Origin: the human T2T-CHM13v2.0 reference genome, Homo sapiens
DNA: 64,000 bases
Assembly: GCA_009914755.4 (NCBI GenBank)
Contig: CP086569.2
Coordinates: 32,000,001-32,064,000 of the forward strand
Direction: 5' to 3'
This document shows, piece by piece, positions 31,801-46,716 of this stretch. The notes under the pieces are model-generated. The model was not told the origin of the DNA. It saw nothing but the letters and a program-made list of their open reading frames with translations, and made no database searches. The position numbers and the translations under genes are program-made. The number at the start of each line of letters is the position of its first letter. Position 1 is the first letter of the stretch.

Positions 31801-32455
31801 ATCGTATGGAATGGCATCAAACGGAATGGAATGGACAGCCACGGAATGGAATGCACTCGAATGCAATGGAGTCGAAACTAATGGAATGGAATAGAATGGA
31901 CTCGACTGGTACGGACTCCAATGGAATGGAATCGAATGGAATGGAATCGAACGGAATGGACTCGAAGGGAAAAGACTGCAATGGAAAGGTCTCCAATGGA
32001 ATGGAAATTAATGGAATGGAATGGAATCGAATGAAATGGAGTCAAAAGGAATGGAATCGAATGGAAAGAAATCGAATGTAATGGGATCGCAAGGAATTGA
32101 TGTGAACGGAACGGAATGGAATGGAATCCAAAGGAATGGAATAGAATGGAATGGAATCGAATGGAAAGGACTCGAATGGAAATCACTCGAATAGAATGCA
32201 ATTTAATAAAATAGGATCAAATGTAATGGAATGGAATGGAAAGGAATCGAAACGAAAGGAATGGAGACAGATGGAATGGAATGGAACAGAGAGCAATGGT
32301 ATAGAATGGAATGGAATCATCTGGAATGGAATTGAATGGAATGGAATAACATGAAATGGAATGGAATGGAATGGAATGCCCTTGAATTAAATGGACTGGA
32401 ATGGAATGGACTCGAACAGAGTGGAATGGAAAGTGTTGAAATAGAATGGAATGGA
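28893..32455 (+). repeat. HSat3 higher-order unit 4 (3563 bp), variant 'a'
   Basis: ORF translations from 28753-31120 are reproduced exactly or nearly exactly 7128 bp downstream. Confidence 0.8.
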
Positions 32456-35400
32456 CTCCTTTGGAATGGTCTAGTATGCAATGCAATCGACTGGCAGGGA
32501 ATCAAAAGGAATGTAATCGAATGGATTGGACTGGAATGCAATGGACTCGAATAGATTGGAAACGGAATGCAAAGGAATGGAATGGAATAGTATGGAATGG
32601 AATGGAAAGGAATGGAGTGGAATAGACTAGAGTGGAATGGAATGGACTCGAAAGCAATGGACTGGAATGGAACTTTCTTGAATGGACAGGAATCAAACGG
32701 AATGGAATGCAATGCAATCAAATGTCATGGAATAAAATAGAATGAAAGAGAATCAAATGGAATTGAATCGAATGGAATCGAATGGATTGGAAAGGAATAG
32801 AATGGAATGGAATGGAATTGACTCAAATGGAATGGACTAGAATGGAATGGATTCGAATGGAAGGCAAAGGAATGGAATCTATTGGAATGGACTGTAATGG
32901 AATGGAATGGAAGGGATTGGAATGGACTCGAATGGAATGGACTGCAATAGAAAGGATTCGAATGGAATGAAAAAGAATTGAATGGAATAGAACAGAATGG
33001 AATCAAATCGAATGAAATGGAATGGAATAGAAAGGAATGGAATGAAATGGTATGGAAAGGATTCGAATGGAATGCAATCGAATGGAATGCAATCAAATGG
33101 AATGGAAACGAAAGGAATGGAATAAAATGGAAGAAAACTGGCAAGAAATGGAATCGAAATAAATGGAGTTTTATGGAACGGACTCAAAAGGAATTGAATG
33201 TAATAGAATGGAGTGGAGTGGACTCGAATATAATGGACTGGAATGGAATGAAATCACATGGAATGGGAACGAATGGAATGGAAATGAAAGGAATGGAATC
33301 GAATGGAAAGGAATCGAATGGAAGGGAATGAAATTGAATCAACAGGAATGGAAGGGAATAGAATAGACGGTAATGGAATGGACTCGAATAGAATGGACAC
33401 GAATGCTCATATTGAATGGACTCGAGTGGAATGGAAACGAAAGGAATGTCATCGGATGGAATTGAATCGATTGGAATGAAATCGCATAGGATGGAGTGGA
33501 ATCAAATGGAATTGAATCGAAAGGAAAGGAAGCGAATGGACTGAAATGAAATGGAATGGAATTGAATGGAAAGTAATGCAATGGAATAGAATGGAACGAA
33601 ATTTCACGGAATGGAATCAAACTGAATGGAATCAAATCAATGGAATCTAATCAAATGGAATGGAAAGGAATTGAATGGAGTAGATGGGATTAGATGGGAT
33701 TGGAATGAAATGTACTGGAAAGGACTCGAATTTCATGAAACGGAATGGAATGAATTGGAACACAATGGACTCGAATGGAATGGAATGTCATGGAATGGCA
33801 TCAAATGGAATGGCATCAAATGGAATGGAATCGAATGCAATGGAATGCTATGGAATGGAATGGAATGCATTGGAATGGAATGTCCTCTAATGGAATGGAT
33901 TCGAGTGGAATGGAATCGAACATAATGGAGTCGAATGAAATGGAATTGAAAGGAATGGGATCGAATACAATGGAATATACTGGAATGTAACGTAATGAAC
34001 TCGAATGTAATTGACTGGAATGGAATGTACATGAATGGAATGTAATCGAATGGAAAGTAATCCAATGGAATAGAATCTAATGCAATAAAATCGACTCAAA
34101 TAGAATAAAATGTAATGGAATGGAGTGCAGTGCAATGGAATGGAATGGAATGGAATGCAATGGAATGGAATGTAATGGAATGGAATGGAATGGGATGGAA
34201 TGGTATGGAATGGATAGTAATGGACTGGAGTGAAATGGACTGGAAAGGAATGGACTCAAATTGAAAGGGCTCGAAAGGAATGGAGTCAAATGGAATGGTC
34301 TGGAATGGAATGAACACGAATGTAATGCAATCCAATAGAATGGAATCGAATGGCATGGAATATAAAGAAATGGAATCGAAGAGAATGGAAACAAATGGAA
34401 TGGAATTGAGTGGAATGGAATTGAATGGAATGGGAACGAATGGAGTGAAATTGTATGCAGTAGAAGAGAATAGAATGGAATGCAAGCGAAAGGAAAGGAA
34501 TGGATTGGAATGGAATGGAATTCATTGGAATGGAAGGGAATGTAGTGTAATGGACAGGCCTGGAATAAAGTGGAATGCTACGGTCTCGAATGGAATAAAA
34601 ATGTATGGAATGGAATGCAATGAAACGGAATCGAATGTCATAGAATGTAAGGGAATGCAAAAAAATGGACTCCAAAGTCATTCACTGGAAAGGCTGGGTG
34701 TCGAAAGGAATTGACTCCAATGGAATGGAATCGAATGGAATGGAAGTGAATAGAATCGAACTAAATCGAATGGAATGGAATTGATAGGAACGGAATGGAA
34801 AGGAATGCAATGATTTGGCATGGAATGGAATCGAATGGCATCGAATGGAATGGAATGGAATGCAATGGAATGGAATGTATTAGAATGTAATGAACTTTAA
34901 TGGAATGTACTCGAATGGATTCGACTGGAATGGAATGTTCTGGAAGTGAATGGACTCCAAAGGAATGGATTCGAAAGGAATGGAATCGAACGGAATGCAA
35001 TCTAATGGACTGGAATTAAATGGAAATGAATCAAATTGAATAGCAAGGAATTGAATTGAATGGAATCGAATGCAATGGAATCTAATGAAACGGAAAGGAA
35101 AGGAATGGAATGGAATGGAATGGGCTGGAATGGAATGGAATCGAAACGAATGGAATGGAATCGAACTGAAGAGACTGGAATGGAATACACTGGAATGGAA
35201 GGGAGTGTAATGGAAGGTTCTCGAAAAAAATGGAATCGAATGGAATGGAATTGAATGGAACGGAATAGAGTCGAATGGAATTCAATGGAATGGAATGGAC
35301 TAGAGTGAAATGGAATCGAACCACAAGGAATGGACAGGAATAGAACGGTATCGAATTGAATGGAATCGTATGGAATGGCATCAAACGGAATGGAATGGAC

Positions 35401-36019
35401 AGCCACGGAATGGAATGCACTCGAATGCAATGGAGTCGAAACTAATGGACTGGAATAGAATGGACTCGACTGGTACGGACTGCAATGGAATGGAATCGAA
35501 TGGAAGGGAATCGAACGGAATGGACTCGAAGGGAAAAGACTGCAATGGAAAGGTCTCGAATGGAATGGAAATTAATGGAATGGAATGGAATCGAATGAAA
35601 TGGAGTCAAAATGAATGGAATCGAATGGCAAGGAATCGAATGTAATGGAATCGCAAGGAATTGATGTGAACGGAACGGAATGGAATGGAATCCAAAGGAA
35701 TGGAATAGAATGGAATGGAATCGAATGGAAAGGACTCGAATGGAAATCACTCGAATAGAATGCAATTTAATAAAATAGGATCAAATGTAATGGAATGGAA
35801 TGGAAAGGAATCGAAACGAAAGGAATGGAGACAGATGGAATGGAATGGAACAGAGAGCAATGGTATAGAATGGAATGGAATCATCTGGAATGGAATTGAA
35901 TGGAATGGAATAATATGAAATGGAATGGAGTGGAATGGAATGCCCTTGAATTAAATGGACTGGAATGGAATGGACTCGAACAGAGTGGAATGGAAAGTGT
36001 TGAAATAGAATGGAATGGA
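32456..36019 (+). repeat. HSat3 higher-order unit 5 (3564 bp), variant 'b'
   Basis: Start matches units 7 and 8 at offsets 7128 and 10692. Distal part (34280-36500) matches unit 8 distal part at offset 10692. Confidence 0.8.
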
Positions 36020-39000
36020 CTCGTTTGGAATGGTCTAGTATGCAATGCAATCGACAGGCAGGGAATCAAAAGGAATGTAATCGAATGGATTGGACTGGAA
36101 TGCAATGGACTCGAATAGATTGGAAACGGAATGCAAAGGAATGGAATGGAATAGTATGGAATGGAATGGAAAGGAATGGAGTGGAATAGACTAGAGTGGA
36201 ATGGAATGGACTGGAAAGCAATGGACTGGAATGGAACTTTCTTGATTGGACTGGAATCAAACGGAATGGAATGCAATGCAATCAAATGGCTTGGAATAAA
36301 ATAGAATGAAAGAGAATCAAATGGAATTGAATCGAATGGAATCGAATGGATTGGAAAGGAAGAGAATGGAATGGAATGGAATTGACTCAAATGGAATGGA
36401 CTAGAATGGAATGGATTCGAATGGAAGGCAAAGGAATGGAATCTATTGGAATGGACTGTAATGGAATGGAATGGAAGGGATTGGAATGGACTCGAATGGA
36501 ATAGACTGCAATAGAAAGGATTCGAATGGAATGAAAAAGAATTGAATGGAATAGAACAGAATGGAATCAAATCGAATGAAATGGAATGGAATAGAAAGGA
36601 ATGGAATGAAATGGAATGGAAAGGATTCGAACGGAATGCAATCGAATGGAATGCAATCGAATGGAATGGAATCGAACGGAATGGAATAAAATGGAAGAAA
36701 ACTGGCAAGAAATGGAATCGAAATGAATGGAGTGTTATGCAACGGACTCAAAAGGAATTGAATGTAATAGAATGGAGTGGAGTGGACTCGAATATAATGG
36801 ACTGGAATGGAATGAAATCATATGGAATGGGAACGAATGGAATGGAATGGAAAGGAATGGAATCGAATGGAAAGGAATCGAATGGAAGGGAATGAAATTG
36901 AATCAACAGGAATGGAAGGGAATAGAATAGACGGTAATGGAATGGACTCAAATAGAATGGACACGAATACTCAAATTGAATGGACTCGAGTGGAATGGAA
37001 ACGAAAGGAATGTCGTCGAATGGAATTGAATCGATTGGAATGAAATCGCATAGAATGGAGTGGAATCAAATGGAATTGAATCGAAAGGAAAGGAAGCGAA
37101 TGGACTGAAATGAAATGGAATGGAATTGAATGGAAAGTAATGCAATGGAATAGAATGGAACGAAATTTCACGGAATGGAATCAAACTGAATGGAATCAAA
37201 TCAATGGAATATAATCAAATGGAATGGAAAGGAATTGAATGGAGTAGATGGGATTGGATGGGATTGGAATGAAATGTACTGGAAAGGACTCGAATTTCAT
37301 GAAACGGAATGGAATGAATTGGAACGGAATGGACTCGAATGGAATGGAATGTCATGGAATGGCATCAAATGGAATGGCATCAAATGGAATGGAATCGAAT
37401 GCAATGGAATGCTATGGAATGGAATGGAATGCATTGGAATGGAATGTCCTCTAATGGAATGGATTCGAGTGGAATGGAATCGAACATAATGGAGTCGAAT
37501 GAAATGGAATTGAAAGGAATGGGATCGAATAGAATGGAATATACTGGAATGTAACGTAATGAACTCGAATGTAATTGACTGGAATGGAATGTACATGAAT
37601 GGAATGTAATCGAATGGAAAGTAATCCAATGGAATAGAATCTAATGCAATAAAATCGACTCAAATAGAACAGAATGTAATGGAATGGAGTGCAGTGCAAT
37701 GGAATGGAATGGAATGGAATGCAATGGAATGGAATGTAATGGAATGGAATGGAATGGGATGGAATGGTATGGAATGGATAGTAATGGACTGGAGTGAAAT
37801 GGACTGGAAAGGAATGGACTCAAATTGAAAGGGCTCGAAAGGAATGGAGTCAAATGGAATGGTCTGGAATGGAATGAACACGAATGTAATGCAATCCAAT
37901 AGAATGGAATCGAATGGCATGGAATATAAAGAAATGGAATCGAAGAGAATGGAAACAAATGGAATGGAATTGAAAGGAATGGAATTGAATGGAATGGGAA
38001 CGAATGGAGTGAAATTGTATGCAGTAGAAGAGAATAGAATGGAATGCAAGCGAAAGGAAAGGAATGGATTGGAATGGAATGGAATTCATTGGAATGGAAG
38101 GGAATGTAGTGTAATGGACAGGCCTGGAATAAAGTGGAATGCTACGGTCTCGAATGGAATAAAAAGATATGGAATGGAATGCAATGAAACGGAATCGAAT
38201 GTCATAGAATGTAATGGAATGCAAAAAAATGGACTCCAAAGTCATTGACTGGAAAGGCTGGGTGTCGAAAGGAATTGACTCCAATGGAATGGAATCGAAT
38301 GGAATGGAAGTGAATAGAATCGAACTAAATCGAATGGAATGGAATTGATAGGAACGGAATGGAAAGGAATGCAATGATTTGGCATGGAATGGAATCGAAT
38401 GGCATCGAATGGAATGGAATGGAATGCAATGGAATGGAATGTATTAGAATGTAATGAACTTTAATGGAATGTACTCGAATGGATTCGACTGGAATGGAAT
38501 GTTCTGGAAGTGAATGGACTCCAATGGAATGGATTCGAAAGGAATGGAATCGAACGGAATGGAATCTAATGGACTGGAATTAAATGGAAATAAATCAAAT
38601 TGAATAGCACGGAATTGAATTGAATGGAATCGAATGCAATGGAATCTCATGAAACGGAAAGGAAAGGAATGGAATGGAATGGAATGGGCTGGAATGGAAT
38701 GGAATCGAAACGAATGGAATGGAATCGAACTGAAGAGACTGGAATGGAATGCACTGGATTGGAAGGGAGTGTAATGGAAGGTTCTCGAAAAAAATGGAAT
38801 CGAATGGAATGGAATTGAATGGAACGGAATAGAGTCGAATGGAATTCAATGGAATCGAATGGACTAGAGTGAAATGGAATCGAACCACAAGGAATGGACA
38901 GGAATAGAATGGTCTCGAATTGAATGGAATCGTATGGAATGGCATCAAACGGAATGGAATGGACAGCCACGGAATGGAATGCACTCGAATGCAATGGAGT

Positions 39001-39583
39001 CGAAACTAATGGAATGGAATAGAATGGACTCGACTGGTACGGACTCCAATGGAATGGAATCGAATGGAATGGAATCGAACGGAATGGACTCGAAGGGAAA
39101 AGACTGCAATGGAAAGGTCTCCAATGGAATGGAAATTAATGGAATGGAATGGAATCGAATGAAATGGAGTCAAAAGGAATGGAATCGAATGGCAAGAAAT
39201 CGAATGTAATGGGATCGCAAGGAATTGATGTGAACGGAACGGAATGGAATGGAATCCAAAGGAATGGAATAGAATGGAATGGAATCGAATGGAAAGGACT
39301 CGAATGGAAATCACTCGAATAGAATGCAATTTAATAAAATAGGATCAAATGTAATGGAATGGAATGGAAAGGAATCGAAACGAAAGGAATGGAGACAGAT
39401 GGAATGGAATGGAACAGAGAGCAATGGTATAGAATGGAATGGAATCATCTGGAATGGAATTGAATGGAATGGAATAACATGAAATGGAATGGAATGGAAT
39501 GGAATGCCCTTGAATTAAATGGACTGGAATGGAATGGACTCGAACAGAGTGGAATGGAAAGTGTTGAAATAGAATGGAATGGA
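36020..39583 (+). repeat. HSat3 higher-order unit 6 (3564 bp), variant 'a' (copy of unit 4)
   Basis: Offset-7128 identity to unit 4 (e.g. ORF 36066-36281 equals 28938-29153). Confidence 0.8.
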
Positions 39584-42500
39584 CTCCTTTGGAATGGTCT
39601 AGTATGCAATGCAATCGACTGGCAGGGAATCAAAAGGAATGTAATCGAATGGATTGGACTGGAATGCAATGGACTCGAATAGATTGGAAACGGAATGCAA
39701 AGGAATGGAATGGAATAGTATGGAATGGAATGGAAAGGAATGGAGTGGAATAGACTAGAGTGGAATGGAATGGACTCGAAAGCAATGGACTGGAATGGAA
39801 CTTTCTTGAATGGACAGGAATCAAACGGAATGGAATGCAATGCAATCAAATGTCATGGAATAAAATAGAATGAAAGAGAATCAAATGGAATTGAATCGAA
39901 TGGAATCGAATGGATTGGAAAGGAATAGAATGGAATGGAATGGAATTGACTCAAATGGAATGGACTAGAATGGAATGGATTCGAATGGAAGGCAAAGGAA
40001 TGGAATATATTGGAATGGACTGTAATGGAATGGAATGGAAGGGATTGGAATGGACTCGAATGGAATGGACTGCAATAGAAAGGATTCGAATGGAATGAAA
40101 AAGAATTGAATGGAATAGAACAGAATGGAATCAAATCGAATGAAATGGAATGGAATAGAAAGGAATGGAATGAAATGGAATGGAAAGGATTCGAATGGAA
40201 TGCAATCGAATGGAATGCAATCAAATGGAATGGAAACGAAAGGAATGGAATAAAATGGAAGAAAACTGGCAAGAAATGGAATCGAAATAAATGGAGTTTT
40301 ATGGAACGGACTCAAAAGGAATTGAATGTAATAGAATGGAGTGGAGTGGACTCGAATATAATGGACTGGAATGGAATGAAATCACATGGAATGGGAACGA
40401 ATGGAATGGAAATGAAAGGAATGGAATCGAATGGAAAGGAATCGAATGGAAGGGAATGAAATTGAATCAACAGGAATGGAAGGGAATAGAATAGACGGTA
40501 ATGGAATGGACTCGAATAGAATGGACACGAATGCTCATATTGAATGGACTCGAGTGGAATGGAAATGAAAGGAATGTCATCGGATGGAATTGAATCGATT
40601 GGAATGAAATCGCATAGGATGGAGTGGAATCAAATGGAATTGAATCGAAAGGAAAGGAAGCGAATGGACTGAAATGAAATGGAATGGAATTGAATGGAAA
40701 GTAATGCAATGGAATAGAATGGAACGAAATTTCACGGAATGGAATCAAACTGAATGGAATCAAATCAATGGAATCTAATCAAATGGAATGGAAAGGAATT
40801 GAATGGAGTAGATGGGATTAGATGGGATTGGAATGAAATGTACTGGAAAGGACTCGAATTTCATGAAACGGAATGGAATGAATTGGAACACAATGGACTC
40901 GAATGGAATGGAATGTCATGGAATGGCATCAAATGGAATGGCATCAAATGGAATGGAATCGAATGCAATGGAATGCTATGGAATGGAATGGAATGCATTG
41001 GAATGGAATGTCCTCTAATGGAATGGATTCGAGTGGAATGGAATCGAACATAATGGAGTCGAATGAAATGGAATTGAAAGGAATGGGATCGAATACAATG
41101 GAATATACTGGAATGTAACGTAATGAACTCGAATGTAATTGACTGGAATGGAATGTACATGAATGGAATGTAATCGAATGGAAAGTAATCCAATGGAATA
41201 GAATCTAATGCAATAAAATCGACTCAAATAGAATAAAATGTAATGGAATGGAGTGCAGTGCAATGGAATGGAATGGAATGGAATGCAATGTAATGGAATG
41301 TAATGGAATGGAATGGAATGGGATGGAATGGTATGGAATGGATAGTAATGGACTGGAGTGAAATGGACTGGAAAGGAATGGACTCAAATTGAAAGGGCTC
41401 GAAAGGAATGGAGTCAAATGGAATGGTCTGGAATGGAATGAACACGAATGTAATGCAATCCAATAGAATGGAATCGAATGGCATGGAATATAAAGAAATG
41501 GAATCGAAGAGAATGGAAACAAATGGAATGGAATTGAATGGAATGGAATTGAATGGAATGGGAACGAATGGAGTGAAATTGTATGCAGTAGAAGAGAATA
41601 GAATGGAATGTAAGCGAAAGGAAAGGAATGGATTGGAATGGAATGGAATTCATTGGAATGGAAGGGAATGTAGTGTAATGGACAGGCCTGGAATAAAGTG
41701 GAATGCTACGGTCTCGAATGGAATAAAAAGATATGGAATGGAATGCAATGAAACGGAATCGAATGTCATAGAATGTAATGGAATGCAAAAAAATGGACTC
41801 CAAAGTCATTGACTGGAAAGGCTGGGTGTCGAAAGGAATTGACTCCAATGGAATGGAATCGAATGGAATGGAAGTGAATAGAATCGAACTAAATCGAATG
41901 GAATGGAATTGATAGGAACGGAATGGAAAGGAATGCAATGATTTGGCATGGAATGGAATCGAATGGCATCGAATGGAATGGAATGGAATGCAATGGAATG
42001 GAATGTATTAGAATGTAATGAACTTTAATGGAATGTACTCGAATGGATTCGACTGGAATGGAATGTTCTGGAAGTGAATGGACTCCAATGGAATGGATTC
42101 GAAAGGAATGGAATCGAACGGAATGGAATCTAATGGACTGGAATTAAATGGAAATAAATCAAATTGAATAGCACGGAATTGAATTGAATGGAATGGAATG
42201 CAATGGAATCTCATGAAACGGAAAGGAAAGGAATGGAATGGAATGGAATGGGCTGGAATGGAATGGAATCGAAACGAATGGAATGGAATCGAACTGAAGA
42301 GACTGGAATGGAATGCACTGGATTGGAAGGGAGTGTAATGGAAGGTTCTCGAAAAAAATGGAATCGAATGGAATGGAATTGAATGGAACGGAATAGAGTC
42401 GAATGGAATTCAATGGAATCGAATGGACTAGAGTGAAATGGAATCGAACCACAAGGAATGGACAGGAATAGAATGGTCTCGAATTGAATGGAATCGTATG

Positions 42501-43147
42501 GAATGGCATCAAACGGAATGGAATGGACAGCCACGGAATGGAATGCACTCGAATGCAATGGAGTCGAAACTAATGGAATGGAATAGAATGGACTCGACTG
42601 GTACGGACTCCAATGGAATGGAATCGAATGGAATGGAATCGAACGGAATGGACTCGAAGGGAAAAGACTGCAATGGAAAGGTCTCCAATGGAATGGAAAT
42701 TAATGGAATGGAATGGAATCGAATGAAATGGAGTCAAAAGGAATGGAATCGAATGGCAAGAAATCGAATGTAATGGGATCGCAAGGAATTGATGTGAACG
42801 GAACGGAATGGAATGGAATCCAAAGGAATGGAATAGAATGGAATGGAATCGAATGGAAAGGACTCGAATGGAAATCACTCGAATAGAATGCAATTTAATA
42901 AAATAGGATCAAATGTAATGGAATGGAATGGAAAGGAATCGAAACGAAAGGAATGGAGACAGATGGAATGGAATGGAACAGAGAGCAATGGTATAGAATG
43001 GAATGGAATCATCTGGAATGGAATTGAATGGAATGGAATAACATGAAATGGAATGGAATGGAATGGAATGCCCTTGAATTAAATGGACTGGAATGGAATG
43101 GACTCGAACAGAGTGGAATGGAAAGTGTTGAAATAGAATGGAATGGA
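39584..43147 (+). repeat. HSat3 higher-order unit 7 (3564 bp), mosaic: 'b' start, 'a'-type distal part
   Basis: Proximal ORFs equal unit 5 (39445-39849 equals 32317-32721). Distal ORFs equal unit 6 (41408-41812 is near 37844-38248; 42008-42214 equals 38444-38650). Confidence 0.75.
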
Positions 43148-46100
43148 CTCCTTTGGAATGGTCTAGTATGCAATGCAATCGACTGGCAGGGAATCAAAAG
43201 GAATGTAATCGAATGGATTGGACTGGAATGCAATGGACTCGAATAGATTGGAAACGGAATGCAAAGGAATGGAATGGAATAGTATGGAATGGAATGGAAA
43301 GGAATGGAGTGGAATAGACTAGAGTGGAATGGAATGGACTCGAAAGCAATGGACTGGAATGGAACTTTCTTGAATGGACAGGAATCAAACGGAATGGAAT
43401 GCAATGCAATCAAATGTCATGGAATAAAATAGAATGAAAGAGAATCAAATGGAATTGAATCGAATGGAATCGAATGGATTGGAAAGGAATAGAATGGAAT
43501 GGAATGGAATTGACTCAAATGGAATGGACTAGAATGGAATGGATTCGAATGGAAGGCAAAGGAATGGAATCTATTGGAATGGACTGTAATGGAATGGAAT
43601 GGAAGGGATTGGAATGGACTCGAATGGAATGGACTGCAATAGAAAGGATTCGAATGGAATGAAAAAGAATTGAATGGAATAGAACAGAATGGAATCAAAT
43701 CGAATGAAATGGAATGGAATAGAAAGGAATGGAATGAAATGGAATGGAAAGGATTCGAATGGAATGCAATCGAATGGAATGCAATCAAATGGAATGGAAA
43801 CGAAAGGAATGGAATAAAATGGAAGAAAACTGGCAAGAAATGGAATCGAAATAAATGGAGTTTTATGGAACGGACTCAAAAGGAATTGAATGTAATAGAA
43901 TGGAGTGGAGTGGACTCGAATATAATGGACTGGAATGGAATGAAATCACATGGAATGGGAACGAATGGAATGGAAATGAAAGGAATGGAATCGAATGGAA
44001 AGGAATCGAATGGAAGGGAATGAAATTGAATCAACAGGAATGGAAGGGAATAGAATAGACGGTAATGGAATGGACTCGAATAGAATGGACACGAATGCTC
44101 ATATTGAATGGACTCGAGTGGAATGGAAACGAAAGGAATGTCATCGGATGGAATTGAATCGATTGGAATGAAATCGCATAGGATGGAGTGGAATCAAATG
44201 GAATTGAATCGAAAGGAAAGGAAGCGAATGGACTGAAATGAAATGGAATGGAATTGAATGGAAAGTAATGCAATGGAATAGAATGGAACGAAATTTCACG
44301 GAATGGAATCAAACTGAATGGAATCAAATCAATGGAATCTAATCAAATGGAATGGAAAGGAATTGAATGGAGTAGATGGGATTAGATGGGATTGGAATGA
44401 AATGTACTGGAAAGGACTCGAATTTCATGAAACGGAATGGAATGAATTGGAACACAATGGACTCGAATGGAATGGAATGTCATGGAATGGCATCAAATGG
44501 AATGGCATCAAATGGAATGGAATCGAATGCAATGGAATGCTATGGAATGGAATGGAATGCATTGGAATGGAATGTCCTCTAATGGAATGGATTCGAGTGG
44601 AATGGAATCGAACATAATGGAGTCGAATGAAATGGAATTGAAAGGAATGGGATCGAATACAATGGAATATACTGGAATGTAACGTAATGAACTCGAATGT
44701 AATTGACTGGAATGGAATGTACATGAATGGAATGTAATCGAATGGAAAGTAATCCAATGGAATAGAATCTAATGCAATAAAATCGACTCAAATAGAATAA
44801 AATGTAATGGAATGGAGTGCAGTGCAATGGAATGGAATGGAATGGAATGCAATGGAATGGAATGTAATGGAATGGAATGGAATGGGATGGAATGGTATGG
44901 AATGGATAGTAATGGACTGGAGTGAAATGGACTGGAAAGGAATGGACTCAAATTGAAAGGGCTCGAAAGGAATGGAGTCAAATGGAATGGTCTGGAATGG
45001 AATGAACACGAATGTAATGCAATCCAATAGAATGGAATCGAATGGCATGGAATATAAAGAAATGGAATCGAAGAGAATGGAAACAAATGGAATGGAATTG
45101 AGTGGAATGGAATTGAATGGAATGGGAACGAATGGAGTGAAATTGTATGCAGTAGAAGAGAATAGAATGGAATGCAAGCGAAAGGAAAGGAATGGATTGG
45201 AATGGAATGGAATTCATTGGAATGGAAGGGAATGTAGTGTAATGGACAGGCCTGGAATAAAGTGGAATGCTACGGTCTCGAATGGAATAAAAATGTATGG
45301 AATGGAATGCAATGAAACGGAATCGAATGTCATAGAATGTAAGGGAATGCAAAAAAATGGACTCCAAAGTCATTCACTGGAAAGGCTGGGTGTCGAAAGG
45401 AATTGACTCCAATGGAATGGAATCGAATGGAATGGAAGTGAATAGAATCGAACTAAATCGAATGGAATGGAATTGATAGGAACGGAATGGAAAGGAATGC
45501 AATGATTTGGCATGGAATGGAATCGAATGGCATCGAATGGAATGGAATGGAATGCAATGGAATGGAATGTATTAGAATGTAATGAACTTTAATGGAATGT
45601 ACTCGAATGGATTCGACTGGAATGGAATGTTCTGGAAGTGAATGGACTCCAAAGGAATGGATTCGAAAGGAATGGAATCGAACGGAATGCAATCTAATGG
45701 ACTGGAATTAAATGGAAATGAATCAAATTGAATAGCAAGGAATTGAATTGAATGGAATCGAATGCAATGGAATCTAATGAAACGGAAAGGAAAGGAATGG
45801 AATGGAATGGAATGGGCTGGAATGGAATGGAATCGAAACGAATGGAATGGAATCGAACTGAAGAGACTGGAATGGAATACACTGGAATGGAAGGGAGTGT
45901 AATGGAAGGTTCTCGAAAAAAATGGAATCGAATGGAATGGAATTGAATGGAACGGAATAGAGTCGAATGGAATTCAATGGAATGGAATGGACTAGAGTGA
46001 AATGGAATCGAACCACAAGGAATGGACAGGAATAGAACGGTATCGAATTGAATGGAATCGTATGGAATGGCATCAAACGGAATGGAATGGACAGCCACGG

Positions 46101-46716
46101 AATGGAATGCACTCGAATGCAATGGAGTCGAAACTAATGGACTGGAATAGAATGGACTCGACTGGTACGGACTGCAATGGAATGGAATCGAATGGAAGGG
46201 AATCGAACGGAATGGACTCGAAGGGAAAAGACTGCAATGGAAAGGTCTCGAATGGAATGGAAATTAATGGAATGGAATGGAATCGAATGAAATGGAGTCA
46301 AAATGAATGGAATCGAATGGCAAGGAATCGAATGTAATGGAATCGCAAGAAATTGATGTGAACGGAACGGAATGGAATGGAATCCAAAGGAATGGAATAG
46401 AATGGAATGGAATCGAATGGAAAGGACTCGAATGGAAATCACTCGAATAGAATGCAATTTAATAAAATAGGATCAAATGTAATGGAATGGAATGGAAAGG
46501 AATCGAAACGAAAGGAATGGAGACAGATGGAATGGAATGGAACAGAGAGCAATGGTATAGAATGGAATGGAATCATCTGGAATGGAATTGAATGGAATGG
46601 AATAATATGAAATGGAATGGAATGGAATGGAATGGAATGCCCTTGAATTAAATGGACTGGAATGGAATGGACTCGAACAGAGTGGAATGGAAAGTGTTGA
46701 GATAGAATGGAATGGA
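43148..46716 (+). repeat. HSat3 higher-order unit 8 (3569 bp), variant 'b' (copy of unit 5), grading into the 3569-bp family near its end
   Basis: 44972-45406, 45453-45692 and 45694-46122 equal 34280-34714, 34761-35000 and 35002-35430 at offset 10692. From ~46,440 the sequence follows the unit 9-13 type. Confidence 0.75.
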